Positions 50,014 to 61,884 of a stretch of 64,000 nt of DNA are shown here, one piece after another. The DNA is taken from assembly GCF_027921745.1 (NCBI RefSeq), contig NC_079240.1:1798001-1862000 (forward strand), given 5' to 3'. This DNA is from Schizosaccharomyces osmophilus (lineage: Eukaryota). Positions within the stretch are counted from its first letter, which is position 1. The number at the start of each line of letters is the position of its first letter. The notes under the pieces are model-generated. The model was not told the origin of the DNA and did no database searches. It was given only the letters and a program-made list of their open reading frames with translations. A program made the translations under genes and the position numbers.

Positions 50014-50658
50014 TTATTCCAAATCCAAGTCATATTCTTCCTCTTGCTCTATTTTAGCGGTGCTTGGTTTTGAAGAGCTAGGAGTTTGTGTTGGGGGAGG
50101 AGGCATACCCATACCAGAAAGTGCGTTCAAAGGATTCATGCCATTTTCCATTCCGGGTTGTCCCTGCATCTCCTGCATCATGTCTTGAAACATATTTTCG
50201 GAGATACCTCCTCCAGAAAGTGCTGGAGAATGCATAGGCACAATGGTATTTCCAGCTACACCCTTGGGATAAGCAGGTGGACGTTCAGGAAGTCTGGGAG
50301 GGACATTCTGTATAGGTAGAGACAATGGATCTTGTGGTTTAGTGGGTCGGTGTTGTAAGACTTTCGCAATTTGTTTAAACAAATAACGTTCTGTTAGGGT
50401 TAGCAAAAAAAACATTCCAATCAAGAGTTTAATACACATACTTGATATTTTCTCTGGTAAAGTTATTTCTACACGGCCTGGATTAGCCCAGTCGGCTGGG
50501 TGAGTTTTGAGAGGTTCAATTTTACATTGATAGCCCAAATCACGAACGACGTCTGCAATGTTCTTTGCTAATGGATTTTCAATAGCATCTTGTTTAGAAA
50601 TTCTACGAAACTCCTTTGACCGCTTCTTGTCAAAATAGATTGGGTACACAAGCACCAT
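50014..50658 (-). CDS. sec65: Signal recognition particle subunit Sec65/SRP19
   Basis: VYPIYFD..RRISK..AIENP, KTHPADWANPGRV; 51-nt intron 50391-50441. Confidence 0.92.
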   Translation of the reverse strand: MVLVYPIYFDKKRSKEFRRISKQDAIENPLAKNIADVVRDLGYQCKIEPLKTHPADWANPGRVEITLPEKISSMCIKLLIGMFFLLTLTERYLFKQIAKVLQHRPTKPQDPLSLPIQNVPPRLPERPPAYPKGVAGNTIVPMHSPALSGGGISENMFQDMMQEMQGQPGMENGMNPLNALSGMGMPPPPTQTPSSSKPSTAKIEQEEEYDLDLE

Positions 50659-51352
50659 TGTGTGAGTGTATGGAGAAGGTGAAGTAAAAGAAGTCGAAAA
50701 AATATGAGAATGAGAAGCTACTACATTACAGATTTTCTTTTGTATTCTATAGATTTAAGTTGGTAGATTTCTTTCAGCTGTTTAAAAGAATTGGCATATG
50801 AAACGGCGTTCGTCAGCGTGTTCAAGTACTAACAAAACTACGACTCAGGAAAGTGACAAGGGTTTTTACGGTAAAATGAGTCTTTATACGGTACTTTTGG
50901 CAGTCTGGTCATTGCGGGAAATGGGTAAAGATCCAAGGGCGACAAGGAATGGTTAGAAAATGAGAAAGCAACTTTACAGCATGTGCATATTCCAGATTTC
51001 AGATACTAATATTGGAATATAGATTTTCATTCATAAAGATGAATTTTATCATAAAAAAATAATACAAAAAAGACCCTTGTGCAGGAGAGACAGTTAGAAA
51101 AAATATACAAGTACTCACATCGCATCATTTCCTTTTTGCCTTTCTGAGAATAGTTAAGTACTGGACAACGTCCTCTTGTCTTAATATGAATTGATCCAAG
51201 CCTTGAAAAATGCAACAGTCTCAAGTATTGAAGTTTTTCTTGCTATTAACAATTTTTAACTTGCGTTCGCTTTTGCCAAAGAAGAACAGAAGGTACGCCA
51301 AAGGAGAGACTTATTAAGAAAGAACATACATTTCAGACAAGTTATTATGAGC

Positions 51353-51897
51353 TTATTGTCTCTTGTTGTTTACCAAATCTTCACAGTTAGTCAAAGAACA
51401 AAACACATGTTTCTGAATCTTTCAATCTTCACGTACCTCTACGACACGCATCTGCTAATAAGATTGTGTCTACATAAGCACTAGACATGTGCACATAGCG
51501 AACGACACTTCCTCTAATAAATAGATCTTTGACAGCAGCCTATGGAATTCTATTAGCAGATGCTTGGAGATGAGCGCTTTTGGAATGTCAAAAAACTTAG
51601 CAGCCACCCTGAAAGTCCTTACAAGAACCTTTCCTTAAATGCGTGTTCTTGTACAGCATTTCATCATTCCAAAGGTTTAATTCATGACTTACCATGTGAG
51701 GATATTTTTCAGATTCCACGACAGCAATATTTTCTAATTTAACATTTAAAAACTGATCCACGGACTTTAAAATTCCCCGAATACTCATGTCATTCTGTGC
51801 AATGTTAGTCTCATTGTCAAACTTGCAAAACCCACACCTTGAGCTCGACCGTAACCTCCGTATCAATCAGAGTCTTAAAAAAAGAATAAAATAACAT
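51353..51897 (-). CDS. lsm2: U6 snRNP Sm-like protein Lsm2
   Basis: Four exons: MLFYSFFKTLIDTEVTVELK / NDMSIRGILKSVDQFLNVKL..KYPHM / AAVKDLFIRGSVVRYV..LADACRR / DLVNNKRQ*. Confidence 0.93.
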
Positions 51898-53325
51898 TAT
51901 AAAAGAGTTGAATTTCGATTTTCTGCAACTTTTGGGGAAAACGAAGAAACGCGATGTATGCTTAATCCCAGTGTCTTGCAAAGGTAACAGTCAAAACTGT
52001 GACTTGAATTCGCAGTGGGTAATAGTAAACAAAAGCAGCAATGAAAGCATAATTCAGTTGAAAAGACGAAGTTTTTCTTTTTATTGTTTCTCTCTATTCT
52101 GCTTAGTGTTCAGAGGAGTCACAACTCAAAAAAATCACTTTTAAGTCAAAATGTATAGTAAAATGAAATCCAAACAAAAGGTCAAAGGTTACCATGATAA
52201 ACGTTTGCGAAGAGAAAGGAAAACTAGATGAATCCAAGTTAAAATTTGACTCCCTTTGCCGTGCATTATAAACAAAGCAAACTTTGAAACTCACCATAAC
52301 TCATAACGTACCAATTGAACGTGACATTGACAAGCAAGAGGTCCAGCAAGTTCTACTAAATACTATACCTTCAAGCTCAATCATATGAGTCCTATTTTAT
52401 AATCAGCTTTTGGGCATTCAAGCAATGGAATGTTAATCTCACTTTTGCAATCATCGTTGACAACAGAACTCTTAAAATACAAAATCCCATCGCTCGCTAA
52501 AACTAAGTAATTTTTCAGTTTTAAAGCATTATTGCAATTTCCTTTATAGTAAAGTAGCAAGACGTGTTATAGTTCAATTGACTTCAGGAAAGCTGATGAC
52601 CCAATTACCGATAATTTCGTCCGAATACCATCAAAATAAAGTTCGAGCCATTTTGATTTAGAAGTTCATTTCTGTCTGGTCATTCGTTAACGTGGAGTGC
52701 TTCCGATCGACTGTTGAGTATTATAATCATCAACCAAGTAGAGAAAAGCTCGAGTACCCAGAGTAAGATTTATTAGTATACCTATAAACATAAAATAGGG
52801 AACTCTAACACCTCATAATCACCCAGTCTCTATATTTGTTTTTGCATGGCATTACCAAGTCGAAAGTCGAAAACTCAAACTCATCAAGTCAAATCTCGTT
52901 CATGTACGGCGTTCATGAGTCAAAATAAATTTCATAGTAACTAGATTTTCACTTTCTTAGTCATGAACCCTCCTCTTCCTCAAAAAGGTACGACACAATG
53001 GCTGGATGTAGATATAAAAGGACCACTTCACATTGAGTACGGCTTCGTAGTTACTTTATTTTTATCCTTTTTACCTTTTTATAATATTGCTTAAATATGT
53101 CCCTCAAGAGGAAGTACTATTTGTAACTCTCAACTGAAAGCAAAGACACTAAAGGCAAAGAATCAATCCATTGAGGGCCAATTTTTCAGCTGTTTTTTTC
53201 TTATTTTCTTTAATTTTTTAAAAATAACTATTGATTAGCATCTGGAGTAAGAAAAGTGGTTGGACCTTAGTTGTTCATCCTCAACCAAGACTATTCTATT
53301 ACCATTCACACCTTGGATCTTGGGT

Positions 53326-55152
53326 ATGCGGAAAAGTCAAAATCTCAAGGGTAATTCCACTTCTGAGGATACAGAAACAGAACTTCAAGACGATTCTAGT
53401 TTTTTTTCAGTAGAAGAGTTGAACAGAAGGTTGAATGCACCTTATGCGTTAGCTGGTTCTGACCCTAAAAAATCTCCTATTTTACTTGATTCCAGTAGTC
53501 CGAATGAACCCAAGTCTTCTCCTAATGCTACAAAAACCAATTTGGTACCAAAAACAGCTGGTGCTTCCAGGCCGTCGAGCAGAGCTACTTCCCCAAACAA
53601 TATCAAACGGGTGTCAGATTTTAGTTTCGGTGAGATTATAGGAGAGGGCTCATATAGTACCGTACTGTCAGCTACAGAGATTAGTACAAAGCGAGAGTAT
53701 GCCATCAAGGTGCTAGACAAACGACATATTATAAAGGAAAAGAAGGTAAAGTATGTTAACATAGAAAAAGAAGCCTTGTATCTTATATCAAAACATCCTG
53801 GATTTATTCGTCTCTTTTACACCTTTCAAGACGCTCAAAATCTGTATTTTGTCTTTAGTTTGGCGAGAAATGGCGAACTTTTGGATTATATTAATAAGGT
53901 ATGGTCCCTCTATAGATTGAAATGTATACCTTAGAAACAAACACTAACAAAAAATAAGCTTGGAAGATTTAATGAGGCATGTGTTCAATATTATGGTGCG
54001 CTACTCTTGGACTCTATCGATTTTATGCATACGCAAGGGGTCATTCATCGTGACCTAAAGCCCGAGAACATTCTCCTGGATGACAATATGAGAACCAAAA
54101 TCATTGACTTCGGTTCAGCAAAAATCCAAAAGGTTACTGGAAAGACTGAATCACTTCCAGACGATTTCCCGGTGAATAATAATCACTCTAGGTCTTTCGT
54201 TGGAACTGCTCGTTACGTCTCTCCAGAAGTATTGAACGATAAAAATGCAAGTACGGCTTCAGATGTATGGGCTTTTGGTTGCATTCTGTTTCAAATGCTA
54301 ACAGGAAAACCGCCATTTGTGGCAGGAAATGAGTACCTTGTCTTTCAAAAAATATTACATTTAAGCTATGAAATTCCCGTCGATGTCTCTGATACGGCTT
54401 CCGATTTAATGAAGAAAATTTTAATCTTACACCCGAGCGAGCGATTAACAACGGAAGAAATCCGTAATCATCCGTTCTTTTCCGCAGTTCGATTTGATAA
54501 AAGTCTTTGGGAAATTGCTCCTCCTCGTCTCAAGCCTGCTGGGCATACAAGCACGCTTAGTCTATCCGTTCCTAATTTCGTTCCCAAATCAACTGGAGAC
54601 ATAAATGAACAAGCTCGTCCTTCTACCCTATCTGTTTCTTCCGCCTATCCTACCCCAAACACACCTGTAAACACCACATTTTCCTTACCTAGTCCGCCTG
54701 AATATGAAGAAATGAATAAGCGTTGGCATAGCGTGCTTCTGGAAGATGAGAAAGTCTCCAAAATTACTATTTTAAATGTCTCAAGTTTTCCGGGGAGTGG
54801 GTCCCATGAAGCTGTGCGATTCTTTTCCTCACTTTTTCGAAAGAAAAAGCCTCGCACGTTTATTTTAACGACCTTTGGAAGATGCCTTTTGGTTTCAATG
54901 AATAGCGGAGGCAGGGCTACGATAAAAGAAGAGCTTCCTGTAAAAAGTGTTGGATTAAGAGTCCATAGTGTTAAAAACTCTGACCACACATGGATTATGG
55001 AGACTCCTACAAGGTCTTGGTCATTCGAGGATCCTCGTGAACCGGCGTCGACATGGATAGAGTTAATTAACAGAGCAACGTCAATCACTACCGCTTTCGA
55101 AAATCATTCTGTTACGAGTTTTTGCAGAAGTATTGCGAGAAGTATATCTTAG
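53326..55152 (+). CDS. ksg1: PDK1-family Ser/Thr kinase Ksg1
   Basis: GEGSYSTV, HRDLKPEN, DFG, SFVGTARYVSPE, C-terminal PH-like domain; intron 53899-53958. Confidence 0.93.
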
Positions 55153-55560
55153 ACCTTGTTTTTTTGCTTTGTTTTGTTTTCTTGTCGTCCCTTGAGTTTC
55201 GTGAAGAATCCGTCTTTTCTATCTATTATCTTGATATTTTTAACCCTGTATTATCGTTCTTTTGAAGCATTGTTCTTTTTTTTTACATTTTTATCTGTTA
55301 CGTAAATGTTCATTTTTATAATTTAGATCCATTAGAATATTATATAGTCACTCTTTTGAAGTTTTCCGGATGTTCTGTTAAAGAATGTAGATATACTGAA
55401 TTTTTTAATAATAATAATTGCTCCTTATATATGTTTACATTGGTATTTCCTTATGATGCTTACGATAGTTGACTCTAAATTTGCAAAAACATGGGTCACC
55501 TAAAAAATATTTTTCATTCAAGCTATTTCTGAATCCAACAGACCTTTTTATTTCCTTCTC

Positions 55561-56692
55561 TTATCTTTGAAGGTACAACTTTGCAACACGTTCAAAATTA
55601 TTTTTGTTGATGGCAAACATCTTCAGATAGTCCAGTTCCATATCGTGAACTTCTTTGCCAACAAGGAGAACGCTGTGAAGAGGAGGTCCAACATCGTATT
55701 CAGCAATTTCACCCAAAGTACCAGAAACAATTACTTGATCATCAGAGCCAAGTCTACCTATAGCCACAGCCAATGAATCAGCGGAACAGACTAAATATAA
55801 CATTAGTATCATAACTGCTGATATAAAAAGATACGTACTGTCTTCTTTGCGATCCTCTTCAACTTCTATCATTTGTTGAGCAGCCAAACTAGCTGACATA
55901 TAACGAGGAGGCTCGTAGATTTTACGACCCCGGGCAAGGTTTTCCCAGCTTTGTTCTTTCACTTTAATGTCTAAATGATGGTTAAAACATGGCTCCGTAA
56001 GCAAAAAACTTACCAAGAAGCACCAAGGTGTGAAGACCTAAACTAACGTTTTCTTTAATGCGGTCATAGAAACTTTGAGGACGATAATTTCCTTCAAAAT
56101 ATACAAGGCTGACGGTTTGGCCAAATTTGTAGAGTTGTAGACCGCTAGCGCCAATTCCGTTCATGATGGATGCATTATGAATCATTCGCACAGGAATATT
56201 GAGTTCACGGGCGCGTAATACCAAATCAGCATGGGTAGTAGCACTTATCCTTAGTTAGCCCTATAATCCCCTACAAGTATTCGGTAAAGAACTACTGAAG
56301 AAAGCGATTACCGGATTGCAAATGTTCCAATGAAGCACTTTTAAGAGCAATCAACAATCCACAATAACGACACTCTTCAAACCTCTTTAAAACCTCATAT
56401 TGAAGAAATAAAGAATAGTAACAAGTACTTACCCCATAGGATCGCCCACGACAAGCATAGCGACATCGCAAGTATCTGCATCTTTCAAGATTTCATCGCT
56501 GTTGCTTTCTACCATTTCACGATCGGCAAGCGTAATTTCTTTTTCATAAAGTGACTCCAGGCGATCCTTATTTACAAGCAAAATAGATGTATATGCTTCT
56601 AAATAGATGCGCTGACATTTTTTTACAGTTTGCAATCCTCGCAGTGTAATGTCATTTTCATCGTACAATCCCAATCCAATCAAGTAAAACAT
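55561..56692 (-). CDS. dph5: Diphthine methyl ester synthase Dph5
   Basis: [54 protein letters not shown]; three introns. Confidence 0.95.
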
Positions 56693-56864
56693 TTTTCAAA
56701 AAGCAGCTGGTCTAACTCGCTTGACCGCAAATTCAGAATGTCCAAGTTAGGAAGAGTGAATGGCTCTTGGCAGGAAAATCCAAATATGCAAATAAGCAAC
56801 GTTCTCAGCAAAAATAAATAAAAAGAGATTTAAAAGGTAAAAGAAACGCCTTTTTATCTTAAAA

Positions 56865-57506
56865 TTAAGGAATTTTTCTCATGGAGCGAACTTTGTCTTC
56901 ATAAGCGGAGCGTGTCTTGGCCAAGAATTCTTGGCGCTCAACAAATCCGTCTTTATTGGCGATACGTAGCTCATCTTGGATGTCTTGCTCTTTTACAAAA
57001 TCAGACCAGTTTTGCTGAGCTTGCTCCAAAGTGTTTGGCTTTGACTTCTTCGCAGCTTGCTTGGCCTGAACTTTGGCAAGAGGTGATTCGCGTCGCTTTC
57101 TCACCAGTGGTTTCTTAACAGGAGGCTTTTCAAGAAAGTTTTCAGGCTCTTTTGAAGATACTTGTTTCGTCTGCTCCGCTGAGCCGTCTTTCTCGTTTGT
57201 TTTTGTGGCGGACTCTGCTGGTGCCGGAGCAGCTTCGAAAGGTTTTTCTACAGGTTTCTCCTCATTCTCTTTCTTCTTTTCTTCTAAATTATCTCTATCT
57301 CTTTGATTTGATGATTCGGCTTGTTCTGGCTTGTGATCATCTAAAGTCTTGCTTTGCTCTGCTTCTCCTTCGTTTTCTCCTTCCACCTCTTCTTCACCGC
57401 TTTCTGCATCAGAAAACGACGATTCTGAACTTGAAGCTTCCTGCGGAACAAATTCCGTGTCTTCTTCTTCTAATTCGGTATCGATTTGAATCAATTTCTC
57501 GGTCAT
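56865..57506 (-). CDS. swc5: SWR1 complex subunit Swc5 (BCNT domain)
   Basis: Acidic N-terminus EEEDTEFVP; BCNT motif NTLEQAQQNWSDFVKEQDIQDEL..KDGFVERQEFL. Confidence 0.9.
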   Translation of the reverse strand: MTEKLIQIDTELEEEDTEFVPQEASSSESSFSDAESGEEEVEGENEGEAEQSKTLDDHKPEQAESSNQRDRDNLEEKKKENEEKPVEKPFEAAPAPAESATKTNEKDGSAEQTKQVSSKEPENFLEKPPVKKPLVRKRRESPLAKVQAKQAAKKSKPNTLEQAQQNWSDFVKEQDIQDELRIANKDGFVERQEFLAKTRSAYEDKVRSMRKIP

Positions 57507-57515
57507 TGTACTTGA

Positions 57516-57836
57516 ATGGAGCAGGAAAACGAACGCTTGTCCCTCAACACTTTGGCTCGTATTTTGACCCTATATTTCAATTCTGAAAAGGGTACAAAAA
57601 TTACACCAAGTGCTTTGGAACTCATAACACAATATATTAGAATTTATACGAAAGAAGCTGTTTGGTGAGTTACTTAGTATGCTTCTCATGGATGCCCTTC
57701 TAACAAGAAATTTAGCCGTGCGTACGAGGAAAAAAAGCGTTCTTCGATTACTATGAGTGATGAAGATGATATAATTCTCGAAATGGAGGATTTGGAAAAT
57801 GGAATCGCTGCTCAACTGGCTTTGGATTTTAGTTGA
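57516..57836 (+). CDS. mhf2: CENP-X / Mhf2 histone-fold protein (absent from ORF track)
   Basis: Intron 57665-57715 (GTGAGT..CTAAC..TAG). MEQENERLSLNTLARILTLYF..TKITPSALELITQYIRIYTKEAVCRAYEE..LEMEDLENGIAAQLALDFS*. Confidence 0.9.
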
Positions 57837-58392
57837 AGGAGGTTGAAGCGTGAAGAATCTATTTACTCTATCATGAAATACAACACTTTTTGTTCATAAT
57901 GCCTCTCTCTTTACGGTCATCACGACTGTTGCTATCCTCATTTTTCTATGTTGATCATAATCTAAGTACGATATCTGTCATAGAATGACAAATCTTAAGC
58001 AACCGTCTTTATTTTAGATTGTTCTTTTCTTTCTTTTGGACTCTTCTCCTTGTCGTTGAAGGGGATGTTTGGTCAAGGAGCTTTCAAATCATTTTTGCTT
58101 TACAAGCAACACATTTGGGCTTTCATCTTATATGTTTTTTTATTTATCTTTGCAAATTTACTATATACTATTCTTCTGATCCATTGCCTTTCCCTGTTGC
58201 AAACTGGTCTTACATACGATTTTATATGAGACTCTTAATGCGAATTTGTTACTACGAAGCAGCACTTAATATTAGTTTGCATATACAGATTTACAGATTA
58301 TTTTTGTACTATAGATTGGTGGCTTGATATTCCAGTGGGTGCCAAAATGGTTTGATGATTTTTTGGTTTGTTTACAAATAAGCTTTTTCCTT

Positions 58393-58872
58393 TCATTTAT
58401 GTGAACATCGGAATGTACATAGAATGATAATTATCATCTTCTTGTTTTGTATCCTAATGATTTCTGTCAGTTTGGTTAATAAATGATATGATTACCGTAA
58501 AAATCTTCTCGGATGGTACAGAGTAAAATACCTTTTATTCACCTATTCACTTAACTCATTTGGTAGTTAATAAGAAATCGCATTTTTCACATACTTTTCG
58601 TAAAGATCGCGGATTGTCGTTGCTTATGCTGTACGAATTTGGCTTTCAAGGAATGAAGCATAAACCAAGAACCGTTGGCATTACCAGAGTCTATTGATTC
58701 TATATGCGTATGCGATGCTTTGTAATAGTTTGCAGATAGGATAAACGGTGTGAAAATTTTTGAGTAATGCTTTGCTTGCTTGTAGGATTGGCTTTTTTGT
58801 TGAGACCAAATGTTCATTGAATTGAATTGTATCTTGCTTATATGAGGCTGGTAGAGGTTTATAAACCTTCAT
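58393..58872 (-). CDS. Candidate orphan 4-exon gene, 109 aa, unknown function
   Basis: Exons 58872-58685, 58628-58595, 58542-58496 and 58453-58393 chain in frame through three GT-AG introns of 56, 52 and 42 nt. No recognisable domain; intron 1 branch site is weak. Confidence 0.22.
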
Positions 58873-60732
58873 GAAAAAAATATAATCAATGGGCTTTCAA
58901 TTGCAAATTCAATTCACAAAGGATTTTGGGTTGTTGTTTCAAATACTACTCTTACAACAAGAACTAAAAGAAACTAGAATATTTGTTAATGAATCAATAA
59001 CAATTCATCTGACAGGAATTGCATTAAGAGATGAAGGAATTTTTGAAGTTTTGATATACTAATCTCTGACACATGGTGATTCATTGCGTCCTTCTTGTTA
59101 AACAGATGATTTTTACGATTCTAGAATACATTTATAAATATAAAAAACGAGATGAAATATCAGGTAGTAAAACTTCGATTGTAAAAACTTGCTTGTACTT
59201 GATGTAACAATCATAACAAATAATCCCAGCAGAATCGAGACTCTTTCAAAGTTCAAATTTACCTTCAAAGTTTTTAATTAGAAATTTCAAAGTGTTCTTT
59301 TATAGATATCTTTGCTTTTAGGTACAGCGCTAAAAAAAGTCAAAGCATGAATCTGTCTTGGGAATTATGTAGGAAGTTCCTTTTTCGAATAACATACTTT
59401 TGGATTTGCATACTTATAAAAATAATTGCAGAAAGAAACCAAGTAACTTTTTGGTGCATACTACTACAAAGCTACCTCGCAGCTACCGTTTTCGTTGTAA
59501 GGATTGTACTAAGTGATATGCTGAAAGAAAGAAATCAGTACGAAACGCTAGTAAAAAATAAACATATATCAAAAAGTTTTTGGTTGAATATGAATCCTTT
59601 AGTTGGATTACATTTCGTTTATCGATCATTATAACTATCAATCATTAATTAAATAAAGGATATTAATAGGTGCTGTTTATCTCGCTCCTCGTTTGTCAAA
59701 TATAATATATGCGTTCAATATGACTGAATTAAATCCACCGTTTTACGAATAAAAAGGTTCAAATTACTTTGATGAATTTCTGTGGTATCGTCTTATAAAA
59801 CATAAACAGGTGACAGTCGATGATAATACGATTTTGTTGTTCAGTAGTCACTTAGAAACTCATAATAAACAAATAAATAGCTGGTTCATTACTTTGTAAA
59901 CAAATGGTTAGATAAGAGAAAACAATGTATTCAACCCAAATGAAAAAGAACATGATTATCTTTTTATTTTCGTTTTTAAAGAGCGTGAATCAGCTGAAAC
60001 TGACAAACAAATATGAAAGAAAAGCTGCTGGAGTGCAAAAAGTACCAGATAACTAGCTACAATTAATAAAAAAAAAAAGCAATTAGCAAAACGAATATTA
60101 TTCATAATAAGAGCTAGAAATTTCATTTCTTTGTGTATATTGATACTCATGCAAAAAGAATCCTTTGGTGCTTTGTTTATTTGCCAGGGATTTGTAGTGA
60201 GCAAGTAGGGTTGTCGTTTATCCTAATATTTATATTGATTTGTTTGGTTATCTAAAGTTTTTTCTTTGTAACGGGTTTACTTGCTGGAATGTTAATTGGT
60301 TTCTGTAAAGAAACAAGCATTTCAAGTGGCCCAGATTCATTCAAAAAATACCAAATATGTAATTACTTATTGATGATTGTGAAGGTTCTACCAAACGCTC
60401 GTTATCAACCTGTTGTTATTAATAGAATTGTCAGGGAAAGCTTTTGTGACTCTAGTCTCATCTCATAAAATGATATTTTATCATTTGCTAAAGCTGAAAC
60501 ACGATGGCCCTTGCATTCATGGAAAAGCGCTATATTTAAACCAAGGAAAGGGAAAAAAAGTTAAGCATCGGAAACCTTGCTACTAACGTTTTCAGTTCTG
60601 ATCCCGCAATCCCTTAGTATTTTATAGCCAATATATTTGTTAATTTTAGCCATTCATAATTACTTTTCTTATTTACACAACGATTATATCTTTAAAGTTC
60701 ATATATAATTATTAGTGTAAGTCTTCAAACAA

Positions 60733-60805
60733 GGCCGCTTAACTCAGTTGGTAGAGTGTGAGATTCCAAATCTTGAAGTCAAGTGTTCAAGTCACTTAGT
60801 GGTCA
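60733..60805 (+). tRNA. tRNA-Trp (CCA)
   Basis: GGCCGCTTAACTCAGTTGGTAGAGTGTGAGATTCCAAATCTTGAAGTCAAGTGTTCAAGTCACTTAGTGGTCA, followed by T5. Confidence 0.93.
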
Positions 60806-61180
60806 TCCATTTTTCTGTCCTTGAACTTTTGCAGCAACTACTTCTTATGTAGATGCTTTTTCATATTGTTAGTTTTTCGAATACACAGCAGAACAAATAT
60901 TGCAGCATAATGATAGTATTCATAGTTGCTTGTTGGAATTCACCACGAAGTACTCTGTCGTTCCCGAAAAAACTCATGTACAACTTTTGTTGAAGCTGTC
61001 TATCCATACTAGCTTCATTGGTAGCAACCCCTTTTCGCAAATGCTTCCTACACAGAAGAATTACTATGGTTTCATCTACACCTACAACGATTGCTACTTT
61101 ATCTCTCATGTGGATTTCAAGGGACTGAAATGAACAAAATTTTTTGAATATTACTAAATATACCCAACACCAACACTCTT

Positions 61181-61786
61181 CTAACGGTATCTGCGAAGAG
61201 ACAAGGTGTTGTGACGGAGCCAGGTGGCATATTGGGGAGAGTTGTTGAAACGGTGACCCTTGGCGATACCACGAGACTTCTTACCAATAGAGGTAAGACC
61301 ACGAGCCTCACGGTGCTTGTGAACAGCGTTGCAGATCCAGTTAATGCGAGGATCACGGCGGACGGCCTTGTGAGAGGGGTCGACGCAGATAACTTCGTAG
61401 AACTTGTAGGTAGCGTCTTGGTTAACCCAGTAAGAGTTGAGGACACGCAAGTTAGCGCAACGACGGCCGACACGCTCTTCAGCAGTGCAGCGGAGAGAGC
61501 GTTGGTACTTGAGGTGGTTAACACCCTGGTGGACGGGCTTACCGTAGACTTGACCCTTAGGAATAGGGCGCTTACGGCCACCGCGACGAACACGGATGCG
61601 GTAGACAACGTAGCCTTGCTTGGCCTTGTAACCCAAACGACGAGCCTTGTCAGGACGAGAAGGGCGGCTAGCGCGGTGAACAACGTTCATTTGACGGTAT
61701 TCCCAAGCGCGAACACGAGACAAGAACAAGTTCACATCAGACTGCTTCTTCTTAGAAAGCTCTTCCAAGTACTTGTAGGCACCCAT
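61181..61786 (-). CDS. rpl15: 60S ribosomal protein L15 (eL15)
   Basis: [33 protein letters not shown]; strong codon bias. Confidence 0.98.
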   Translation of the reverse strand: MGAYKYLEELSKKKQSDVNLFLSRVRAWEYRQMNVVHRASRPSRPDKARRLGYKAKQGYVVYRIRVRRGGRKRPIPKGQVYGKPVHQGVNHLKYQRSLRCTAEERVGRRCANLRVLNSYWVNQDATYKFYEVICVDPSHKAVRRDPRINWICNAVHKHREARGLTSIGKKSRGIAKGHRFNNSPQYATWLRHNTLSLRRYR

Positions 61787-61859
61787 TTTGTTGTTGAGGC
61801 GGTGGTGGTGGTTCCGTTTGAGTCGAAAAGTTTCATTGTGTTGACCTACTCAACGAAAA

Positions 61860-61884
61860 CAGTCACGAATACGAACCCTACCCT
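61860..61884 (-). promoter_or_regulatory. Homol E + Homol D ribosomal-protein promoter module
   Basis: Minus strand reads AGGGTAGGGT-N7-CGTGACTG (plus strand CAGTCACG 61860-61867, ACCCTACCCT 61875-61884), about 75 bp upstream of the rpl15 ATG. Homol D is a one-base variant of CAGTCACA. Confidence 0.85.

Noticed and set aside
51898..53325. wtf or LTR remnant at the second junction; TTG-initiated extension of ksg1 from 53260
   Set aside because: No recognisable repeat. The ATG at 53326 matches the expected Ksg1 start.
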